Notes under the pieces: generated by a model
Told to the model about the DNA's origin: nothing
The model's input: the letters and a program-made list of their open reading frames with translations, nothing else
Databases searched by the model: none
Program-made: the position numbers and the translations under genes
In this document: positions 56,217 through 64,000 of the stretch, one piece after another
Layout of the letters: the number at the start of each line of letters is the position of its first letter
Position numbering within the stretch: position 1 is the stretch's first letter
IMG/VR virus record: IMGVR_UViG_3300036900_000443
Span: 4,496 to 68,495 of that record
Direction: 5' to 3' (one strand)
Length of the DNA: 64,000 bases
From: a virus

Positions 56217-57749
56217 TTACTGCTTCAGATCTCTTTCGCTGATGTCTCGGAACTGGTCCCACGGAATGACATGCTCGGACACCTGCGTCTTGCTGCGCTT
56301 CACTAGAAGATGCAGCCCGTCATCATGCGGCACAAGACCCCAGCCGCCGGCCGGGACCGGCGTCTCGTCGATCCCATTCACGCGCCGAGTCTCCTGCCTC
56401 CGATACTCGCGGTGAACGTCTGCCAGCTCGCTGCCGGAACCGTGCGTAATGTGCGCTGTAGCCGAAACGCTTCCCGCCACGTACACGTTGAATTGAAAGT
56501 TCAACTGCCCGGTGAAGCTGGCGATATAGGGATTACTGCCGTTAATCGTATTGCCAGATCCCAGACTCATCGAGCCCTTCGATCCCCCGATAACCAGCCA
56601 GCTGTTGTTGGCGGCGGGAAGGTTGAATATTGTGCCGCCACTCGCCGATGCCACGTTGACGACCAGGTCGCCGTTTACGGTATGCGTACCGCTGGCCAGG
56701 GCGCCGCTAACCGCCAGGGCCCCTGGAACGTGCAGCTGATTGTCACCGCCGGTCGCCGTAATGGTCGGATTATTCGAGCCGTCGAATTGCAGTAGAATTT
56801 TCTGCGCGGCACTGGAGTCTTTAGCAACCTGCAGGGCGGGGTACGTTGCGATCCCGCCCTGCGTCGCAAGCCCGCCCAGGATCGTCAGCGAGCCTGTGAC
56901 TCCGCTAAAGTCCAGTGTCGGCTGGGTGCCAGCCAGGCGGAAGCGAAAGTACTTCGTCCACCCTGGCGACTGATCGCACACGACCAGGTTGGGCGCCACA
57001 TACTGTACCGAGCTGCTCTCAGTGGTCATCACGTACAGAATGTTGTCACTGCTCACTAGCCCGATGCTGGCCCGGTTCGAAGCATCGAAGTTCAGGGTGA
57101 CAGCATACGGATCCTTCACCACGCGGAGCTGTGTTCGTACGTCACAGTTGCCCGACAAGCTCGTCATGCCCGTCACGGTAAACGTGCCAGCATTACTGGT
57201 CGTCATGTACGCAATGTTCGCCGGCATGAAACCCACGGGCACCTTGTTCGTGCCGTCCAGATAGCAGATGTTAGTCGGCAGCTGCGCAGAGGTCAGCACT
57301 GGCAGGTTCGCCAGCGGCACTTTATTCGTACCGTCCAGATAACAGACGTTGGCCGGCAGGTTTAACGTAGGCAGATGCCCGGCGCTGTCGAGCCGCAGGA
57401 AACCGAAGGGCTGATTGGCAGACGTCTCGAGAGCGGATATCTCCTGCGACAGCACATTGTGATACGCCGCCGAGTAATCGTTTGACACCGGAGCGCTGAC
57501 AGCATGCGCTGCCTGCGCCGAGCCGCCATAGCCGCGCTGCACCGTGATGGCGTCGCCCACGGCGCCGCTCAGCACCAACACTTCCTCGAAGTCGATCCAC
57601 AGCGTCATGCCCTTCTGCACGGATACAGCGTTGGCTACATGCAGCGTGGTGTCGGTCGGCGCACAGGCCTGCGCAAGCGTAGTCGCATAGCGGTTCAGCG
57701 CTATGAGTAAATCGGAAGGTTGCGCTACCGCGGTAGGCCAGAACGGCAT
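56217..57749 (-). CDS. Additional fibre/spike-like structural protein
   Basis: IDFEEV...TVQRGYGG..AAH N-terminal module, LDGTNKVP repeats and a beta-rich C-terminal half. Confidence 0.6.
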   Translation of the reverse strand: MPFWPTAVAQPSDLLIALNRYATTLAQACAPTDTTLHVANAVSVQKGMTLWIDFEEVLVLSGAVGDAITVQRGYGGSAQAAHAVSAPVSNDYSAAYHNVLSQEISALETSANQPFGFLRLDSAGHLPTLNLPANVCYLDGTNKVPLANLPVLTSAQLPTNICYLDGTNKVPVGFMPANIAYMTTSNAGTFTVTGMTSLSGNCDVRTQLRVVKDPYAVTLNFDASNRASIGLVSSDNILYVMTTESSSVQYVAPNLVVCDQSPGWTKYFRFRLAGTQPTLDFSGVTGSLTILGGLATQGGIATYPALQVAKDSSAAQKILLQFDGSNNPTITATGGDNQLHVPGALAVSGALASGTHTVNGDLVVNVASASGGTIFNLPAANNSWLVIGGSKGSMSLGSGNTINGSNPYIASFTGQLNFQFNVYVAGSVSATAHITHGSGSELADVHREYRRQETRRVNGIDETPVPAGGWGLVPHDDGLHLLVKRSKTQVSEHVIPWDQFRDISERDLKQ

Positions 57750-57764
57750 TACAATGCTCCTAAG

Positions 57765-58052
57765 ATGCAACTTGCGATCGAAGATAAACTCCAGCTACGG
57801 GAAGCGCAGCTCAAGCTCAACAGCGCCCACTCCCAGCTGCTCACCGCCCAGATTGAACTGCAGGGCATGATGCAGACGGTCGAGAGCCGATACGGCGCCA
57901 AGCTCGACATGCAGACGCTCGAGTTCATTGCTCCCACTCCGCCGGTCGCTCGCCCGTCTCGACGAACCGCTGGTAAATCGGGATCTGATCAACCACTTGA
58001 AGCTGTTGTTGACGGATCTGGTCTAGGGTCTGGCGCTTCTCCGCAGCGCTAA
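57765..58052 (+). CDS. Coiled-coil hypothetical protein on the opposite strand
   Basis: EDKLQLREAQLKL...LDMQTLEF; fills the gap between two minus-strand genes. Confidence 0.45.
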   Translation: MQLAIEDKLQLREAQLKLNSAHSQLLTAQIELQGMMQTVESRYGAKLDMQTLEFIAPTPPVARPSRRTAGKSGSDQPLEAVVDGSGLGSGASPQR

Positions 58053-61000
58053 GGTCCGGCGAGCGCAGCGTAGCATTCTGCGCTGCATGTAGTTCGCGCA
58101 GGCTCTCGCCCATCTTAGTGAGCACATGCGCCACCTGCAGCTCCCGCTGATGAGACTCCATAAACGCCGGCTTGTCTGCGTCGGGTGTCTGCCGTAAACT
58201 ATTCACCGCGGCATTGGTAATCGATTCAAGCGTATAGAACTGCTGCAAGCGATAGCCCCCATCCGGCCGGGTAAAGACCGAAGCCATACCCGGATAATCG
58301 GAAAGTCGCATTTTGGGCTGCTTCGTGTCCCCGAAGTTGTTGGCGATCGCATCGATCGTCTGCAGCCCCATCAGCCCGGCCCCCGCCAGATACCCGTTCA
58401 GCAAGTGATCGAGATACATCGGGGAAGCGGCCGACAATCCGACCGCTCGAGCGATCGGATTGATCACCTTATTCATGGCAAACTGTGACAATACGCTGGT
58501 CTGCCCTGGCTGCACCTGCATCTCGGGCTCGAGATTCTGCAGCGACTGCGGAACGATCGGCGTGCCGCGGTACAGGTCTTTATTGACGGCTGTCTCGAGA
58601 GCCGGCCGAATTGCCTGCGGGATGGGATTGAATTGCAGTTGCCCGAAGCTCTGCCGCGTGACATCCCAGAAAGCCTGCGAGGGCGTATCGATGCTACGCG
58701 AAGGATCCTTGGGGTCGCGCAGAAAGACACGAGCCAAACGCTCCGGCACCGTCTTGAACATCAAGCCATACTCGAACGGCGTGGGAATATTCAGGGCATA
58801 GCCGCCCCCGACGGGCACCATCCAGCTGGTGTCCCGCTTGTCATCGCTCGCGTTCTCGTAGTACGGCTGGCCCTTCGAGAGCGCAGCGTACACCATGGTC
58901 CCGACCGTCATCAATCCGGCTTGCAGCGCAATGCGCTTCTGCAGCTGCTTCGGATCTAGGGCGCGAGTCGGACCGCCCTTGACCGCCGGCATCTCGGCGC
59001 CCTGCGTGCCCTTGAGCGCTCGTCCCAATACGTTTAATCCCTGCACGCGAGCATTGAAGAACGGGATCATGATGCGGGCCCATTGCGCCAGATCGCCCGA
59101 ACCGGAGCGCTGGAAGGGGGCGACCTCAGACGCCCGATGCGCCGCGTAGGCGTAATCACCGGTGGCCTTGAGTGCGGCTTTAAAGACTAGCGAACGGCCG
59201 ATCATATCGGTGCGCTCGACCAGCTCGTTGATGTGGTGCAGCTTCTGCGTGACCTTATTGCTCCAGCTGCGCCAGGCTGTCGCGTCCGGCCCGGCACCCG
59301 AGTGCAGCGCAGCTCGCTTCTCAAACGCAGTGGCTGCGTCCGGATTACTAAACAGAGACCGCTGGCCACCGTGAATGCCCAACCGCTTCATCTCGTCAAA
59401 GATGGCGTGGTATTCCTGATTCCACTGGTTCTTTAGGCCGAAAGCGGCGCTGACCGCCTTGAGCGGTTCCGTCACATAATTGAAGTCCTGGCCCGACAAA
59501 TTGTAGGCGTCTGGAATATCCCTGAGAATATTTCGAAAAATCCACGTGGGCGCCTTGATGACGCCCAGCCGCAGCATCTGCGTGAAGCCACCGAAGACCT
59601 TGCGGATGAGCGGATTGATTTGTGCAGCGTGGTGCATGCCGATGAAAGTCTCAAAGAGATCCTGATCGGCTGTAGAGAACCACTTCTTCTCGCCATTCGC
59701 CCAGACATAGAACTTGTGCTCGTCCTTGCCGACCTTGGCGTTGCCCTGCAGGTCGTGGATAAGGGGTTTGCCGGCTGCATCGAGAAAAGCAAACTTGCCA
59801 TTGCCCGCGCCCGCCCGGAACAAATCCAGACCCGCATTCGCCGCGGCATTCTTCATGCCGCGCACTAAGATGTTGCGGTGATTCTCCATCAACATCTGCA
59901 GCGGGTCGTACGTCTTCCGCAGCTCGCCCGAGGTTAAACGTTTATGCAGATCGCTTTTCAGATTTGAGATCGACTTGCCGGCGCCCGCTGTCTTGCCGTC
60001 GGCGTGTTCGTCCAAGTCTTTAAAGGGAACGTACTCGCCGTAGGACATGAAGTGCCGGAAGTAGTCCCGGCTAATCAGCCCAGTATCGAGGGCATATTTC
60101 AGGAAACGGCTGTTCAGATCCTGCAGCTTGTCGTAGGTGGCACGGAAGTAGGGATGCTTCTGCTCGAACTCTTTCGCCATGGCGGCCCACTGTGGATTGC
60201 GCTCGTCAAAGGTCGCGCCATCCGCCTGGTACGTTCCCGCCTTGGTGATGACGCCGTTCTTGTCAACCTCGTGGCCGGGATCGAGCTGCACCTCCACGCG
60301 CCGCTCATCGGGCAGTTCCGAGACCGCTTTGGCGCGGCGATATGCCATATAGGAATTGAACTCGCGGCGCACGCCGTTCTTAAAGATGGGCGCTACCGTG
60401 GGCCAGAAACCGCCCTGCCCATCCAGGCGCGTCGTGCCGTACGCCCCGTCCGTCTGCTTGTGATAAACCGGGGCGCCGGCGCCGTCTTCGGAATTCTCGG
60501 CGAGCGACATGCCGTAGTTCAGCTGCGAAGCCAGACGATAGGCGCTGTTGCGAGCCTCGATGGCATGCTTGCCCTGCTGTCCCGCCAGCTCCTGCTCTGC
60601 CTTACGCCACATCGAATACGCATCCACAAAATTCGAATAAGCTTTCGAGGTCCGCCGCCTCCACCAGCTGCGATCCAGGAAGTGGCGCAGGAAGTCTTCT
60701 CGTTCAGGAGCTAGGCCAGTGCGCTCGTTCATCAGCTCCTGGTGCGCCTGGCTGGTCGAGGGGTGGAAGCGCCGTGTGGCGTAGAGGGTCGCCGGCGCAT
60801 CGCTGTTGGTCTGTGGATTCTCGGCGTGCTCGTCGACTTCCCGCAGCAGGCTGTCAGGCAAGATGGCGGCCTTCTGCTCGGCAAACGGCCGGGCATTCTG
60901 CGGAATGAAATCCGGATCGCCCTTTTTGGGAATCGTGTCATCCGCCCGACGCATGTGCCGGCCGTAGTTCACCCAGGCATTCTGCCCCAAGGTCTCGCTT

Positions 61001-64000
61001 GCTAACGCCGGCTTGGCTTCATCCGAGTACATTCGCGAGTGCTCGAGGTACGCATTGAATTCTCCGCGGGGTCCGAACTGATAGCCGTTCTGCGTGTGGC
61101 CGAAGTAGTCATGCACAATGCGGAACAGATCGTTCAGCAGCATACGCCGGCCGCTCTTGTCGGTGGTGTCCGTGCGCTTCAGCATCGGATGGTTGTAATC
61201 CAATGCATCCGCCTGCCCGTAGGCATGCTCGGTCGGCAAAAACCAGAGATGATGATTGTTCTCGACGTCGTCCATCATGGCGTCGGAATTCTTGTAGGGT
61301 TCTCCCTCTCCGTGCCACGACTCGGTGGTGACGCCCATCTTGCGGTACTGCGCTTCGGTCTCGCGATGCAACGCCGCGTACGCCGCTTGTACCTTGGGAT
61401 TGTCGGGCTCGTGCCGCAGGTTGTCGTAAGCGTCGGCCGCACGCTTGAGCAGCGGGACCGACACCGGAACTTCGTCGGTCATGCGCGGCTTGTCAATGCC
61501 GTTCTCGCGCTTGTATTCTTCCGCCAACTGACGGGTCGTCACGTTGGCTCGCCGAATAGCGAAGGCGGTGCCGGGCTCGGGCCGGCTGGCAGTAATGTTC
61601 TTAGGAGTAGAACGCCTAGCGTCTATTCGTCGTCGTTCACCGAGGAGGGCGACGGCGTCGCGCTCGAGTCGGGCAGTCCGCTGGTCGTACTCTCCGCGGA
61701 GCTCACGAAGCGACTTGGCGCTGGCTGATTCGTCAGCCGCACTTCCAGGTTCTTCTGATTCCTCTTCTTCCCCTTTGAGTTGCGCCAGGTGATCGAGGAG
61801 CCGTTCAGATGCGGTGCGAGGCTTTTGATCAGCTCGTTCGAGGCCAGATGGCGGTTCGCCTCCTCCTCGCTCGGCAGGTTGTGCGGCGCCCGCCAATCCG
61901 GCGGCAGGGCTCGTATCCGCTTCTGCAGCTCGGTCAAACCCGAGCCGTCGAGCGGCGTCTTGGATGTGGGCATGTGTGTGGTATTCCTTGTCTCCTAGTA
62001 TCTCACTCCGATCCTCTTTAATAGGTACAACCTGAGCGTTGTCAAACAGTTGCTTAGCTAACGCAACGGTTTCAGCCTTGGTCCAATGCGGCTCGCTTGG
62101 ACCTTCCGGCCCCCAGGGTTGATGCGTATGAATGATGTCGCCGGACTGCGCACCTTGGTAGATGGTCATGTCCCGGCCAATCGCGTTCCGTAAGTCCTGC
62201 GCCTCGAGCCGATTCATGCGCAGACCAGGTATATGAATCGCCCAGCGATTCGCCTGCTTGGCCCGCTCCCGCGGCAAGGCCTCCTGCTTGGTGATGCCTA
62301 CGCCGTCCTGTGTGAACTCCCGCCCTAGCACCGCCGCAGCGATGGTGGCGATCTGCTCGCGATACTTCTCGGGAACCCCGTGGAAAGCAACTTGGAAATT
62401 GTGCGCCGCTACCGCTCCCGCATCGGAGGTATACGACCCCAGTCCCACCGAATGCCGGCGAATCAGATCCTTGCCCTTCAGCTCTGGCTCGCTCGGATCC
62501 TTTAAGCGGCTGTACAGATACTCCACAACGCTGCGTAGCGGCGTACCCAGATGACCGATGAAAGTGGCATCCCGCTTATCGATCGAATCGATCAGCGTAT
62601 GCACCTCTTTGGTCTTCATGTGCTCCGGCAGATTGCGCAGATTGTCGACCGCGGTATCGAGATCAATCTGCCCCTGATCCCGCGAACGCTTCACTTCCGC
62701 AGCAATGCGCAGCGCCTTGCGATACTCTCCTTCCCCCGGACTCAACACCCGAATCAGCCGCGGATTGCGCAACGCCTTCAAGCCAATCGGTTCACCGGGC
62801 TTGAGGATTCCCTCTTCGACTAAGCGCTGATGCACGCGCTGCATGGCGAGACCGTAGTGATCCCCGGGGGGCGCCAGGTTGTCTGGATCCTTTTCACGAA
62901 TGTGTCCCCACATCCCCGCCTGCAACTGGTGCGGAGCATAACGCTGCTCCATGCGATTCGGGACCAAAGCGTTGTGTTCGCCCGCTGCGTACTGATGCAG
63001 GTAGTGCGAGAACAGGTGCCAAGCTCCACCGCGGCGTCCAGCGCCGAACTGCTGCAGGGGAACTCGCAGAGACTTCCCCGTCCAGGTATCGGTGGTGAGC
63101 TTCGGCAACTCGGGCTCTTCCGTTACATGCCGCGGCTCCGGGTTCATCTGGAAATACAGGTTGTTGCCGAAAGTGTAAAACTTGGGCGTATCTGTCTGCC
63201 CGGTCATCACGTAATCGCTGAGCGGTGCCGTGACCTTGCCGCCGATGTCGACCGGCTCGCCACGCACCTGCTGGCTTTTGACGACCAGCGCTCGCTGCAG
63301 ATTCTGATACGGCGTGTTGCCGCCACTCGTGACCGCCATGACCGTCGTGAAATCCTTGGGATCGATCTCGTCCCAATTCACGTACGGCATCATCTCGCGG
63401 GCATGCTCGTACCAATACTTGTCGACTCGCGCCGCGCCCTCGAGGCCGGCCATGCGGCGATCGCCCTTGTGCCACTGCACGCCAGTGGGCAGCCGCGGGA
63501 AGTCCCGCTTGAATTGGGCAAACGATCCGAAGATGGCCTCCATGCCGCCCACCTTCCGCCCCTTCTGCTTGTCGTACTTGCCGGGAACTAATTCATTCAC
63601 CCGATCGTAGGCCCGGCGAATAATGGCTCGCGCCACCTTGTTCGCGTGCACTGTGGCCACCTGCTCGGCTAAGCGCGTATTACCGCCGTTGCGCTGTAGT
63701 GCGTCTTCGTAGGTCTTGTAATAAGGGGCCCAGCCCTTCTCGCGAATATGCTCCCCGTTTTTATCGACTTCTCGCGGAATTTGCCGCAACCATTTCGGAT
63801 CAAATCCGTTTTCTTTTAATTCCTTTTCGAGAATGTCTCGGGGAATTAAGCGCATTAAATTCTGCGCTGCTGCCATGGTGGTCGTGCCCATGCTGCGCAG
63901 CCGCTCCGCTTCGCCTCCCTGCCGATCTCCGGTACGTTCCGCAATGCGGCCGGCTTCAAAGTCGCTCAGGATGTCTTCCGGCTTGCGGAAGCCCGCATTG
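57925..64000 (-). CDS. Giant polyvalent virion/ejection protein with LPD38-like C-terminus, 5'-truncated
   Basis: Over 2000 codons, frame open beyond 63891 to the window end; IPFFNARVQG and IPTPFEYGLMFKTVPERL, NPIPQAIRP.LE...NKDLY.G.PIV. Confidence 0.85.
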   Translation of the reverse strand, partial: NAGFRKPEDILSDFEAGRIAERTGDRQGGEAERLRSMGTTTMAAAQNLMRLIPRDILEKELKENGFDPKWLRQIPREVDKNGEHIREKGWAPYYKTYEDALQRNGGNTRLAEQVATVHANKVARAIIRRAYDRVNELVPGKYDKQKGRKVGGMEAIFGSFAQFKRDFPRLPTGVQWHKGDRRMAGLEGAARVDKYWYEHAREMMPYVNWDEIDPKDFTTVMAVTSGGNTPYQNLQRALVVKSQQVRGEPVDIGGKVTAPLSDYVMTGQTDTPKFYTFGNNLYFQMNPEPRHVTEEPELPKLTTDTWTGKSLRVPLQQFGAGRRGGAWHLFSHYLHQYAAGEHNALVPNRMEQRYAPHQLQAGMWGHIREKDPDNLAPPGDHYGLAMQRVHQRLVEEGILKPGEPIGLKALRNPRLIRVLSPGEGEYRKALRIAAEVKRSRDQGQIDLDTAVDNLRNLPEHMKTKEVHTLIDSIDKRDATFIGHLGTPLRSVVEYLYSRLKDPSEPELKGKDLIRRHSVGLGSYTSDAGAVAAHNFQVAFHGVPEKYREQIATIAAAVLGREFTQDGVGITKQEALPRERAKQANRWAIHIPGLRMNRLEAQDLRNAIGRDMTIYQGAQSGDIIHTHQPWGPEGPSEPHWTKAETVALAKQLFDNAQVVPIKEDRSEILGDKEYHTHAHIQDAARRLGFDRAAEADTSPAAGLAGAAQPAERGGGEPPSGLERADQKPRTASERLLDHLAQLKGEEEESEEPGSAADESASAKSLRELRGEYDQRTARLERDAVALLGERRRIDARRSTPKNITASRPEPGTAFAIRRANVTTRQLAEEYKRENGIDKPRMTDEVPVSVPLLKRAADAYDNLRHEPDNPKVQAAYAALHRETEAQYRKMGVTTESWHGEGEPYKNSDAMMDDVENNHHLWFLPTEHAYGQADALDYNHPMLKRTDTTDKSGRRMLLNDLFRIVHDYFGHTQNGYQFGPRGEFNAYLEHSRMYSDEAKPALASETLGQNAWVNYGRHMRRADDTIPKKGDPDFIPQNARPFAEQKAAILPDSLLREVDEHAENPQTNSDAPATLYATRRFHPSTSQAHQELMNERTGLAPEREDFLRHFLDRSWWRRRTSKAYSNFVDAYSMWRKAEQELAGQQGKHAIEARNSAYRLASQLNYGMSLAENSEDGAGAPVYHKQTDGAYGTTRLDGQGGFWPTVAPIFKNGVRREFNSYMAYRRAKAVSELPDERRVEVQLDPGHEVDKNGVITKAGTYQADGATFDERNPQWAAMAKEFEQKHPYFRATYDKLQDLNSRFLKYALDTGLISRDYFRHFMSYGEYVPFKDLDEHADGKTAGAGKSISNLKSDLHKRLTSGELRKTYDPLQMLMENHRNILVRGMKNAAANAGLDLFRAGAGNGKFAFLDAAGKPLIHDLQGNAKVGKDEHKFYVWANGEKKWFSTADQDLFETFIGMHHAAQINPLIRKVFGGFTQMLRLGVIKAPTWIFRNILRDIPDAYNLSGQDFNYVTEPLKAVSAAFGLKNQWNQEYHAIFDEMKRLGIHGGQRSLFSNPDAATAFEKRAALHSGAGPDATAWRSWSNKVTQKLHHINELVERTDMIGRSLVFKAALKATGDYAYAAHRASEVAPFQRSGSGDLAQWARIMIPFFNARVQGLNVLGRALKGTQGAEMPAVKGGPTRALDPKQLQKRIALQAGLMTVGTMVYAALSKGQPYYENASDDKRDTSWMVPVGGGYALNIPTPFEYGLMFKTVPERLARVFLRDPKDPSRSIDTPSQAFWDVTRQSFGQLQFNPIPQAIRPALETAVNKDLYRGTPIVPQSLQNLEPEMQVQPGQTSVLSQFAMNKVINPIARAVGLSAASPMYLDHLLNGYLAGAGLMGLQTIDAIANNFGDTKQPKMRLSDYPGMASVFTRPDGGYRLQQFYTLESITNAAVNSLRQTPDADKPAFMESHQRELQVAHVLTKMGESLRELHAAQNATLRSPDLSAAEKRQTLDQIRQQQLQVVDQIPIYQRFVETGERPAEWEQ

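Overview
The window is most of the genome of a tailed dsDNA phage, probably temperate and podovirus-like. It is circularly permuted: one giant virion or ejection gene appears to run off the left edge and re-enter at the right edge. Minus-strand late genes (1-28.3 kb, 55.6-64 kb) encode TerL, portal, a GroES-like protein, scaffold, major capsid protein, adaptors, nozzle, fibres and ejection proteins. Plus-strand early and middle genes (30-55 kb) include RuvC-like, PD-(D/E)XK and ERF genes, several HTH genes, and a tyrosine integrase beside an attP-like 3' fragment of tRNA-Ser(GCT); a T7-gp4-like primase-helicase lies on the minus strand within this block. The standout is at 45.36-47.23 kb. A stand-alone Cas7/RAMP-like gene is flanked by 10 non-coding units, each a run of GGY-NN pentamers closed by an invariant GGGAAGTATC. 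This is a candidate RNA-guided system in which only the variable dinucleotides carry target information. Other notable items are a 14-gene mini-cassette array with shared junctions (51.9-55.1 kb), a protein of four integrase-arm-like domains next to attP, an RNAP alpha-CTD mimic and a probable type I toxin-antitoxin locus. All family calls come from motif recognition by eye; no database search was run.
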